A stretch of 64,000 nt of DNA, from NCBI RefSeq assembly GCF_006345805.1, contig NW_021833079.1:62001-126000 (forward strand). Reading direction: 5' to 3'. Positions 32,701 to 43,849 of this stretch are shown one piece after another. Source of the stretch: Octopus sinensis. Taxonomy: Eukaryota. The notes beneath the pieces are model-generated. The model did no database searches, was not told the DNA's origin, and saw only the letters and a list, made by a program, of their open reading frames with translations. The position numbers and the translations under genes were made by a program. How positions within the stretch are numbered: position 1 is the stretch's first letter; each line of letters starts with the position of its first letter.

Positions 32701-35700
32701 TTTACAAACGGAGCAGATAGTCATTAAGAAATGAAAGAACAAAAAAAACAATCAGAAATGCCAGAAAAAACCTTCTTTTCTTCACTAATATAGACCAAAA
32801 AACAAACAAAGAAAAACACCACAAGAACACGCGCGCGCGTATGTTATTCAATAATTCAATAATTCTCACTCTCTTTCCCTTTCTTTTTGTCATCCATTTG
32901 TTCATTGTTTTTATCTTGCTCTCTTTTTATGTCTTTCTGTTTCCAACCCACTTCTGTTCTATGCTCTACTTGCGAAGTTAGTAACAACCGCAAGAAAGGG
33001 AGAGTCTGTTCTAGTTGCGACAGATTCTTCCACCTTTCTTGCGTGCGTCTTTCCAGGCGCGTTCTGCCTCTCTCTTAATTGGGACTGTCCTTCCTGCCGC
33101 ACTTGCCAGCCGGTTCAGTGTTCCAGCCCGCAAGAACTCCCCGAAAAAGCGCCACTCGCAACATCTCCGTCTGCCGAGGAAGTTCTCAAATCTATCAAGC
33201 TCTTCCGCCGTCTCCGGAAAATCCCATCCAGAATCCCAAAAGCTGCGCGTATCTTTGCAGCCTCCTCCTTGTCCGCCGCAATCGATAAGGCTTTGGCATC
33301 TGATGCCATTCCGATTGGCTTAAGCTGTTTTGCTTCGCCTCTTTCGGTCTCGGTTTTGCCCCATTAAGAGCCCGTGTGAAAACCTCCTCCATCTCGCTGG
33401 CTACAACCGTCAAACAAGAATTGGCCTTGTATGATAAGAACTTTTTTTCATCCGCTGGCTGCGGGACCACCTCGCTAGCTCCAAATTTCCCTCTGGTTCA
33501 CCATCCCATAATGTGTCCTCTCACGCGAATGACGTCGATTACCTCAACAGAAAGATTAATAGTAAACTCTTGGACGGCGACGTTCGTGGTGCAGTTAGGC
33601 TGGTTGCCTCGACAAGTCCCCTTTTGCCCACGACCCCTGCTGTTTGAATTCCCTCAGGAAAAAACATCCCCTCAGCCAAACGACTTCAGGCCTCAGCCGT
33701 CCCCTGACACCCTCGCTCTCAATCCTTTTGCTGTCTCGGAAACTCTTGTACTGAAAGCCCTGAGGGACTTTTCACCTGGAAGCAGTGGTGGTGTAGATTG
33801 TCTGAGACCAGGTCATCTGAAAGACCTGACGTCTCCCACTACCGCCGAAGCTGGTCGAAAACTCCTACGCTCAATACCAACCTGTGCAACCGCTTCATCT
33901 CCGGTTCCCTCCCCGATTTTGCTCGTGATATTTTCTTTTCCGCCAACCTTACTGCCCTTGGGAAAAAGGACAACGGCGTGAGGCCCATCGCCGTGGGCAA
34001 TATTTTCGGAGGCTCTCTGCTAAACTTCTGTGTCGAGCCATTGTCCCCTTTTTGTCTCGAGTGTTTCTGCCTGTCCAACTCGGGGTCGGCGTTCCTAACG
34101 GCTGCGAAGCGGTGTTCATTCAATTCGTGAACTAACGAATCATTTGAGCAGTTTATTATGGTCAAATTGGACGTTTCCAACGCATTCAATTCCATCAGGC
34201 GGGACCACCTTCTGGAGTGCTGTCGTGAATTAGTCCCTTTCGCCTATCCCCTTGTGCATCTCTCTTATGCTTCCTCAAGTATCCTTATGTTCAACGATAT
34301 ACCTATTTCTTCGGCCACCGGGGTCCAACAGGGAGATCCCCTGGGTCCTGTCCTTTTTGCCTTGGGCGTTAACAGTATCGCTCACTCTGTTCGATCCCCA
34401 GTTAACATATGGTATCTGGATGACGCAACCATTTGTGGTCCCCCCGATGCTGTTTTTGACGACCTTCGTTCTATCCTCCCTTCCCTCTCGGACATCGGCC
34501 TATCTATAAACGCCGATAAATCCGAAATCGTGAACATTGCCTTAAATCCGAGTGACTTCACTGTTTCAATTTCCACGTGCCGAGGCATTCTCTCAGATGT
34601 CCGGATTACGGACAAATCAAATCTTACGATCCTCGGTGCCCCTATGGGGCCTTCTGCCCTCGAATGCTCACTCGCTGGAAAAATTTCCCACTTATCCAAA
34701 ATGATCGACAAGCTTAAAGTCATAGAGCCTCATGTGGCTCTTTCCTCCTCCGAAACCACTTTTCCGTCCCTAAGATCCTTTACACCCTAAGATGCGCACC
34801 TGCTTTCAAAGAGACGACCTTCTTTCCGACCTTGACAATATCCTCAGGCTCGGTACGAGCTCTCTTTGCAATCTGGCTTTCGACGATCCAGGCTGGACTC
34901 AGGCATCCCTGCCTGTGCGCTGGGGCGGCCTTGGCTTGAGATCCTATTCCGATCTTGCCCTCCCGGCATTCCTATCCGCTCATCACGCTTCTCGTACTCT
35001 CTCAGACATCGTTCTTAGAAACCTCCCCGAACGGAAATTGTCTGAAGTTTACTCTGCAGCCCGTGGTCGGTGGGAGGCTCGGTTTGGTTCGAAGCTGCCC
35101 AATTCTCAATTTTCACAGCGTCAATGGGACGAAATCTCTTGTCAGGCAATCTTCGAAGGCCTGCTTCCTGTCTCCAATCAACACCGTGTCGCTTGCCTCC
35201 GTGCAGTGCAGGTCGCTGTGAAGGCAGCGGTGTCTGGTTAAAGGCTCTCCCTCTCCCTTCCATCGGGAACCTGTTGGACAAGGAATGCCTAAGAATTGCA
35301 ATCTCCCTCCGTGTCGGGCTGAAAATCTGCCAGACGCACAAATGCCGTTGTGGGGGAACTGTTGACGAGTACGGTTTGCATCCCCTCGCTTGCCGGCGGA
35401 GTGCAGGTCGTGCCCCCCGTCACAGTGAACTCAACTCAGTCATACAGAGAGCCCTCGCTTCAGCAGGCATCCCGTCAATCCTTGAACCTGTTGGATTGGA
35501 TAGAGGGGATGGCAAACGCCCTGACGGCATGTCCACCTTCCCCTACGAGCAGGGGAAATCCCTTATTTGGGATTCGGACACGTTCTCGTTGGGAAATCCT
35601 GGGCACGCTTCGAGGCAGGCCGAGGAGCGAAAGATTCTCAAGTACGGCCACCTCTCCAACTCGCTGTTCTTTACTCCAATTGCCGTGGAGTCCTCCGGGA

Positions 35701-35913
35701 TCTTCGGCCCCAAGACACTCCGCTTCCTTCGCTCGCTCGGTCGACGGATTTCAAGGACTAGTCACGATCCAAGAGAGTTTTCTTGGCTCCTGGAACGTCT
35801 GTCGATTGCTGTGATCCGAGGGAACGGTTTCGCCATTCGCGAGGCTGGCCGGGTGTCTCGTGAGGCCTTTAATTAACTTAGCTATTTTTAATTTCTTTTT
35901 TGTTTAAAAAAAA
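29716..35913 (+). mobile_element. CRE family A copy 2 (near full length; 5' UTR interrupted by CRE-B)
   Basis: 32993-35890 is nearly identical to the inverse of copy 1. PHD finger at 32960-33100, poly(A) at 35906-35915. The 5' UTR starts CACGCGCGT at 29716 and resumes at ~32865. Confidence 0.88.
29790..32841 (-). mobile_element. CRE family B element inserted antisense in the 5' UTR of CRE-A copy 2
   Basis: ORF from ATG 32724 (PHD finger) to stop 29818, with one in-frame TGA at 32428 and frameshifts; T/A tail at 29788-29810; TSD-like TGTTATTCAAT(AAT)TCAATAATT at 29770-29789 / 32842-32864. Confidence 0.88.
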
Positions 35914-36129
35914 AAGATAGGACTTACTCTCGTATGGGATGTATTCGGTGTCGACTCGTTTTCTTCGTCATCGCTCATGGACTCTGTTTCTCGCCCTAGA
36001 TCTGCCTCCGCTCATGCTGAAACTAAGAAAGGTGTTACACTCGTTGCTTTTCAAATAAAATGTTGACCCAGCCACGTCCTCGAGTGGTCATCTAAAAGAA
36101 GCAACTGTCCACGGAGTTAGGCATTGTAC

Positions 36130-36700
36130 TGTCTCTGGCAGGATAGGAATTTATTTTTCGCATTCATCGGGTCTTGATGCAATTATTGCAAAAATAGCAG
36201 GAAAATTGTCAGTGTGGTAAATATTAAAAAGTGATTATTTCTGAGAAAAATCAAGTTGTACACTATATCCATCTTTATTTGTGTCGAGTCTATGGTATTA
36301 AAAAAGTAAAGAAAATGAAAGCTCACTCGATTCAGTCTATAATACCGACGCAGAATGTTAAAATGTGAATTGATACGTAAATTAAGATTGAAAAAAAACT
36401 TCAATAAAATAAAGAATGAAATAACTTTAATTGAGGTAGGCATTACTTCACAAAACCGCCTCAAACAAGTCGAAATCATGAAATTTCACAAATATGAGTT
36501 ACTGGCTAATGAATGACCTTTCAATACTTGATGAAGCACATGTAAAAACTATTCCGGTGATTTTGACGTGAGCTGGAATTGTCTTGAAATGCTTTAAAAA
36601 TTATATAGATAAAATAAAAATTGAAAAGCAACGAGAACTTACATCAAATCCATTTTACTGAAAAGAACTCTCAAAAGTATGCTAATCATTTGAAACTTCC
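36130..36700 (+). mobile_element. R4-type relic (CCHC + RLE)
   Basis: QDRNLFF..CNYC, KNEITLIEVGITSQNRLKQVEIMKFHKYELLANE, KSILLKRTL. Confidence 0.75.
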
Positions 36701-36829
36701 GATGCTCAGAAAGTTTTAAACAGATTGAAAATCAAAAGAATCTTTTTAAAAATAGTTTTTATGATATAAGTCTATAAAATCTACAACTAACTGCCTTAAG
36801 TAACCGTTTCGGTACTTTGAAACAAGTTC

Positions 36830-37150
36830 GTGTTTTTCTCTCTTGGCATCGACCAGGTCGTCTGCTCAGTCGGATCACCATTCAACCCATGATATCTGAC
36901 GACACCACAATTAGAAGACCTATTGATCCATTATCTAAGGTCCCGATCCTGTCACTGAACAGTCTGGGACTCTTAGTAAACGTCACTAAAATCGAAATCC
37001 TTAATGTTAGCGTTCTCAAAACCACCCTCCAATGGCATGGAACAAAATCCTGGACATTATACACGATCGATCAGTCTACGAATCGGCCTATGCATTGTTC
37101 TTGTGGTCCTCAGCAGTGCTCTACAATTTACTATCCTACAGGATTGCAAA
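36830..37150 (+). pseudogene. CRE RT fragment
   Basis: Degenerate GIDQVV.SV.SPFNP.YLDDTTI...LGLLVNVTKIEILN matches CRE RT domains 5-6. Confidence 0.5.
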
Positions 37151-37355
37151 CTCCAAAACTTACATGCAGACTTTTCTGCCTTAGTCTTCGCACTGCCTTT
37201 TTTCAATTTCCATTCCTCAAAAGAACAGTAAAAAAAAAGAAAATCGAATCAATTAAAAGTTATTAACATCATATCTTTAAATTATTTGTATATTAAGGCT
37301 CAAAATAAATAATCTATTAAGCTCACTCAAAAAAAATTTCAAAGTATAATAATAA

Positions 37356-38167
37356 TCATTTGGAGTCTACACAAGCTCGTTTTCTGGCAGGAAGTGATTT
37401 TAATATAGCTGAAGTCCAATCCCCCATGTTAGCAAATTCGACCAATATTTGATAAACTGACATAGTAATTAAACATACCTTGATTAACAGTCAAAATCCA
37501 ATTACACTCGCGTTTAATCAACTCTGAACTGAGAGGTAGACGTCCGTGTTTTATATTTTTCTCACAAGCAATGTTAAAACACAAATTCTACATATTAACA
37601 ATAATATGTTCACTTTGTGATGATTGTGATCGATAAGACCACCAATTACATACACTTCTCCTTCACATAACTCATTTATTATGTTTGGAGAGTCCCCCGT
37701 TAAATAAGTGATAGATTTATCAACAAAACAGTTCAAAAAATAATCAGAATGAGTGAATATATCCCACTTATTATAATCATGAGGCATTAATTGAGTCATA
37801 TATTCATCCATACTTGTAAAATGTAATTGTAAAGGATTTAAAGACCGCCGATTGTAACTGTAACACCCGGCTAACTGAGTCGACAGTTTTTTACAGTCCT
37901 ATTTGATAATTTAAATGGTTTTAACATTAACGGACATGTAATTTCTAAATGAACAATCTATAACTACGTGAAAGAGTTTTTGGGAATTACTCATTCGAGT
38001 AATAAGACAAGGTTTACGTTTTTGAATTCTTTTTTCACGTTTATTTTTTCTAAAACATTAAATTTACAAATTCACTTTCGTTCTTGTTTTTTTTCTTGAC
38101 GTTTTTTAAGCTTAGCCTCTTTCTTAAGTTGTTTTTTAGATTTTATATTAATCACAAGATCAGTCAT
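37356..38167 (-). CDS. TRMT10: tRNA (guanine-N1, position 9) methyltransferase TRM10
   Basis: Lys-rich N-terminus, VIDCSF, KLSTQLAGCYSYNRR, YLTGDSPN, VYVIGGLIDHNHHK, RLPL, ILTVNQV.QIL, LPARK; four 22-27-nt introns. Confidence 0.92.
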
Positions 38168-38237
38168 GTGCAGGCAAACTTAATTCTATTTTAATATAAT
38201 TAATAGATTAAAAATATTTTTTCGGAAAAAATATAAG

Positions 38238-38563
38238 TTAAAGTTTTCCAGCTAAGAATGCAAACATCAAACGGTCCCCAGTCAGGCCCCAACTAAGTCT
38301 TTTAGACTGGAAGATGGCTATCCAAGAAATTAATGCGATCAAAAATACGAGAAGGGACACAAACGACATTTTCACGTCTAAAAAATAAGGTTGAGAATCA
38401 CAATATAAAATTTCCCTATCTTCATTACCACGATTATGAAATAAGCAAATATTCAATATCCATAAAATTGGAAGAAAGAAAAATCCAGCTAAATTAACAA
38501 TTAATAATTACTACCAATGAAATATCTTTTAGATTCCTTTTTAATATTCTCCACGTCACTCAT
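38238..38563 (-). CDS. PSENEN: Gamma-secretase subunit PEN-2
   Basis: After removing 26- and 24-nt introns: KRYFIAGFFFLPILWILNI...YYVKMS...SWIAIFQSKRLSWGLTGDRL.F...GK, colinear with PEN-2. Confidence 0.88.
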
Positions 38564-38707
38564 GAAAATAGGATATCTTATTGTTTAAATAAATAATTTT
38601 AATTTTAAATAATTAAAAAAATTTATTAATCCAAAAAACCAAGTAAAATACAGAATATCTACTCCTTCAGCGGACATCGAATTTAGCTATTTTTAAGGAA
38701 ATTAAAA

Positions 38708-39946
38708 TTATTTATTATCGAGATTATATAAATATGCTTTCAAATTGAGATTTATAGAACTGGCAACGGGTTTCATTTGGTCGTAAGTGGCAAGACATTT
38801 AAACTTGGGAGAGTCAAGTCCTCCTGTCGTACTCAGCAGTCGAAGACACACCAAAGTAGACAACTACGAGTCATTTAAACCACAACAACATGACTATTAA
38901 CATCATATTCCAACATGTTTGACATGTGTTCTTTAACCACGTGATGTATAGCACACAGTCTGTCCAATTCAAACAACTTAGGTCCTGTCGTTTGAGTTGT
39001 GGTCTAAACATTCTTAAATAATCATCACAGTCTTTGGCATAGCCTTCTTTGACGTCTTCTTAATAAAATACTGCACATCAGTCGAAATTGGATTGTAGGA
39101 TGCAATGTAGGCACAAATAAGGACAAGTTTAGTATTCTCTGGAAGATTCACCAAGTCATTGTTAAGAGACTCACAATCAGTCTTTAGAAAAATAGATTTT
39201 TGAGCCATAAGTAGAGAAGGTTCGAGAATTTTCCACATTGAATGAGCAGTCACATTTTTGGGAAGAAGATTGTAATATTTGAGACCAATTTGAATGATTT
39301 CGTGGAGATTAAACGTCCACACGTTCATAACACTGACAAGAATGTCTACAAATAATTCAGTTAAAGAGGAAGGAGGCAGGTGAGCCTCTAAAATTGTCTT
39401 GATTTCATCTGAAATGTATACATAGTACATACTAATTGTGTAATGAGGCAAGTGTATTGTCAGTCCTGACATATCACATGGATTTTCACTAATATACACA
39501 CAAGAGACGTCTATTTGAGGACTATAATCGTTTAATTTGCTCAGAATTGACAATATTTGAGGCGACAGCTTATCCGCTGAGTCAAAAATCTGCAACCTTA
39601 CATGACAGGGGACACCAATGTAAAATGTTGTCCTGTCTTTCCTGCTATGCTAATAAAGTCAGAGACTGTTTCCCCGGAATCGTTGCATGTCCCACAAAGA
39701 ACATTCCAAAATATAGACTCGCTGTAGCATTGGGCACAATCCAGATATACTGAATTGAGGGGATTGTCTTTTATCAGGTAGGCCACTGTACATGACTTTC
39801 CACAGCCTTGAGGACCGACAATATTTATGGATTTGTAGGGAGTGTATTTACTCTATGACATAGCAAAAATTTATATTTACAGAATTTAGTATTTTCCTTA
39901 ATAACTCTAATTTCTCACATCTGCACGTCGAGATAAACGGAGGCAT
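38708..39946 (-). CDS. ORC5: Origin recognition complex subunit 5
   Basis: Start MPPFISTCR, Walker A GPQGCGKS, LICAYIASYNPISTDVQYF, GPKLFELDRL.AI, LSTLV.LRLL..DSPKFKC, AYLY. Confidence 0.9.
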
Positions 39947-40174
39947 TTAAAATTATTTATGTTTCTCATTTTATTAAATATGTTTATAAACAAAGTTTAA
40001 ATATATTAAGACTTATTATCTTCATAATCAAATATTATTTTTAATCAATGAAAATGATATCATTGATATATTGAATAAACTAAAAGTTATTTAAATGTAA
40101 ATTGAAAACATTTTACAAGGTCAACATAAACCTAATTTCACCATTTTATTTGATTAGTTTGAAAAAAGAAATAA

Positions 40175-40932
40175 TTATGCCAAATGTTTAATGTCAGAAA
40201 TTGAAAGCGATTTAACTTTGGGTTCTCCTTCCACAGCATTAACACTAAAGATCGATAGGGCACAGTTGTATAATTTCAAGGGCACTTGCTCGTCGGTAAT
40301 CGACTTGAGGATAATTTTGAGCGCTCCATGGTGTGTTACCACCAAAACAACAGGCGGTCGTCCCTCAATCGTATATGGGCTATTCCCAATTTCCTCAATT
40401 TGAGATTTGAGTATTTCCTTTATAGCATTTTTACATCGTTGTTGAAACTAATCTGTGAAAGAAAAATTACTCACATCCTCCTCTGATTCGACTCCTGCAA
40501 GACTTGATCTGGTTATTTGTGAATATGGCAGTCCTTGGTACTTTCCCAAATACTATAAAAATCATTTTTATGTCTAACCCTTTCTCTAAGAGACTCTAAA
40601 CGTATAGGGGTGTCATTATAATATCTATTTCCTTCGGCAATAATTCTAGCTGTCTAAAATTCTTAGAAATATACACTAACCTCGCTAGCACGTGTTAAAT
40701 CGCTTGTATATATTCTCATTATTGGGACGTCACTTAGTTCAACTGCTGTTTTCTCGGCCTGGTCTATTCCTAGTTTAGAGAGATGTGTGTCCATTTGACC
40801 TGGAAATATAATAAATTTACTATAAGCCTTGACACAATCCCATCTCGTTTGCTTCCGTCCGTCCACTTAAATTGATTATTCGCTAAGAATATACTGCCGT
40901 GTGAGGATAAGCTGAAATAAATGTTCGCACAT
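40175..40932 (-). CDS. Histidine phosphatase (phosphoglycerate-mutase family, TIGAR-like)
   Basis: LTRHG.TEAN...QGQMDTHLS..G..QA, IYTSDLTRA, LRER.LG..QG, VLVVTHHG; five 22-29-nt introns. Confidence 0.85.
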
Positions 40933-41359
40933 GCCAAAAATAATAATTTTTCCGATCAGTATTTATTAAATAAAATACTTAAAAATCAATAATCATTTTA
41001 ATAATTTTGTAATTTTAATTATGTAAAACAACGTAATTTCTTTGCACTGCTTGTAGTTACCGCATATTTATTAGATCCCGTCGCAGTATCGATGGGCTAC
41101 TTTTGTCTTTTTTAATATGGTTGTTTACCTAGGAAATTGACCTTTTACCAATTTGACGTATTTTTATTGATTTAAAAGGACCTTTTAATCGTTTAAAATT
41201 GAACTAAAATCTAATTCGATTCAACAAATAAGAAAAGAAGGCTGTACTCTATAATTGTTGCCTATTAAATTAGCCTCATTTTAAATTAGCGATTTTAGTA
41301 TCTTAAAAATTTCTTCGAGAAAAACTCTTAGATATAAACTATAAAAATCACAAAAAAAA

Positions 41360-42835
41360 TTAATTCTTGTATTCCATTAAATATTTGGTTTGCTCATTAT
41401 CCAGCCCATGAGTTATCATCATTCTACGCAGCGTCTAAGACTGCCACATCAAAAAATCACCTCTGTGTAGAATTCTCCCTTAACTGGAAGACCCAAAAAT
41501 GCCCTGGTCTTAATAATTCTCATCGCAGCCATTGACACAGCCGGAGACATTTCATAAATAAACCTTTTCGTTATTCTTCCAAAACTCACTTCATGCGGGG
41601 AAAAATCAGCTCCAAAGTTTCAAGACCTCCAACATAATCGTTTATTTCGAATTGGAAGCCAGACTTTAGAAACATCAACGCTGTGTAATTCACGTGTGTC
41701 GTGGGGAGAATAGATGGACTCCATTTGGAAATTAAATCCTCGATTTTCTTAATAAAAATTCGAACATCAATCCCTTTTTCATTATCTTGGTTATTCCTGA
41801 GATTAATAATCCAAAATACATCATCGTAATATTTTTTTTACATTCCGAGAGCATCAAAATTCTCCGATAGATGTATTCATTATTCATATGAGAAAAACAC
41901 TCAGTACACGTGTTTGATGAGTCCACAGAGTTCTTAGAACAAAAGGGACAATTTGTAGATGATAAGAGTGCCTCAAATTTATCGTCGCTGCACCGTGGAC
42001 AGCGACAAGTAAAGCAATAGGGCTTTAACAAGGATTGTCGCTCCTCGTGGCTATTCATGACGTCAATATATGTTATCGTGATAGTAGTATTGCGAGGAAT
42101 GTCCTTCATGGCGACCACTCGTTGTTGCAATCCATTGAAATTTGTGGCTGCATTGGGAATGCAAGAATGGTCATACTTTGATGTACTGAATTTAACGTAT
42201 GAATATATTTACTTTAAATAAAGACCAACTCCTATTTTCTCGTCAAAATTCAAAATTTCAAAACTGTTTGTTTGCATTCGACAGTAAATTTCCACAAGTT
42301 GTGAAAAATCTTGCAAATCGTGCACATTCGAACAATATTTTTCGGCAATTTCAACATTCTTTTTCATTCGGTCAGATAAATACTCGAAATCTAACCAATT
42401 GTGATATTTTACGATTACTAGACACTAAGTCATAAAAACATCTCCCATCCGGGCCCTCTCGTTTGGTAAATAATCCCAATTTGTCCTTTTATATAATTTA
42501 AATAGATACTTTGATAATTAAATGATAAAATAAACGAGTTGAGTCAGAAGGGAGATCGCACGAGTGTTGCACGAGTTTAAGTTGAGAACATTCGTATTTA
42601 TGGATTTTCCACGATTTTTTCTGTGAATAAATAGTTTTTAATACTTGGCACATGCTGGAACAGAAATAAAGGATATTGCAAGCACTGCACTTTTTTAAAG
42701 GTCTAGAATATATATTACTCTAAATTACCTATCATTTCTCAAGCACCACGAGCAGTTAACTTTCAACAGTGATTTTTTTAATATGTGTACAAATGGAAAT
42801 GAGGATTCGATAATGTCTCCACACCTGAATTGCAT
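41360..42835 (-). CDS. SMYD-family SET/MYND lysine methyltransferase
   Basis: MYND finger (CSWC..CSAC..YFCSSMCQ..W..HK.EC), DHSCIPNA, ITITYID, post-SET YCFTCRCPRC, C-terminal MITHG. Confidence 0.85.
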
Positions 42836-42959
42836 AATTTATTTTATTGCAAGTTATGTTAATTTAAAAATAAAAAATATCATGTCGAAAATTAATTATC
42901 AGAATTAGTAAAATTAAATTTATTAAAGAATAACTCCCAGAAAGTGCTCTTAGATCAGT

Positions 42960-43790
42960 AATCTCCTATACTGTTTGTCATATATCTGGAAGCTGTATTG
43001 AGAGAACTAAAACCATACTATGAAGGAAAGATCAATGTGGGGGCACACGCGGATGACGTGGATTTTATTTCTTCCGACAGGGACGCTCTGAAAAGCCTAC
43101 TGGAGGTGATGCCAAATAGACTTGCTGAGTGGTTCCTCAATGTAAATGTGGAGAAAACAGAATTTACTGAACTAGCAAGACAGAAGTCTAAGCTGGATGA
43201 ACATTGGAGAAAAGTAAAGAAACTCGGATCATTATTGGGAGACGAACAAGACGTGATTATGCGAAAAACACATGCAAACAGTGCACTACGCAGTTAAAGA
43301 AAAATTGACTAAAACGCAAAGGACTTAGCACAAAAACACGGATACGACTATACAATTCACTAGTGAAGCCAATACTCCTATATAACGCCGGAATTTGGGG
43401 ACTTTCCGCTACAGACAATGACAACCTAGACTCTTTCCATAGAGATCATCTCCGACGTACTCTAGCCTCCAAGTGGCATTCAAGGTTGAGTAACAGAACA
43501 GTTTATGCCAGAACATCAAGCAAACCAATCTCGCTCGAAATTACCGAATGCAGATAAAGGCTGTTTGGACACATTCTAAAAATGGATTTGAATGCACCGG
43601 CAAACGCCGCTATGGAGGACTATTTCGAAGCTATGGGTCATGGTTTCCGTGGACGACTAAGAAATACTCTCCCGGGTACGCTGGATAGAGACCTAAAGAG
43701 GGCTGGTAAAGAATTGAAAGACGGAGACGATCTCGATACACTGCGGGACGTCACTTAAGATCGCGGGAAATAGAATAAACTAATTACTCT
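42960..43790 (+). pseudogene. RTE-clade LINE 3' fragment
   Basis: HADDVDF, LGSLL, RIRLYNSLVKPILLYNAGIW, LFGHILKM..RGRLR.T, DR..W-type tail. Confidence 0.75.
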
Positions 43791-43849
43791 TATTGTTTCC
43801 TGTGCTGCACAAGCTTTGTCGTGATTCATGGCATCGCAAAAGTGCCTAT

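Larger units (their letters stand above)
29540..36040 (+). pseudogene. Older CRE relic (family C) split by the nested insertions: pieces ~29540-29706 and ~35914-36040
   Basis: Left piece PGLDRGNGK(H/P)DG..FKM and right piece LVWDVFGVDSFSS..SRPRSASAHAETKK are consecutive RLE-domain segments. Confidence 0.55.

Noticed and set aside
25833-35913. Giant terminal inverted repeats of one composite or Maverick-like element
   Set aside because: The two arms are separate CRE retrotransposon copies, each with its own poly(A) and flanks; copy 1 has an independent 12-bp TSD.
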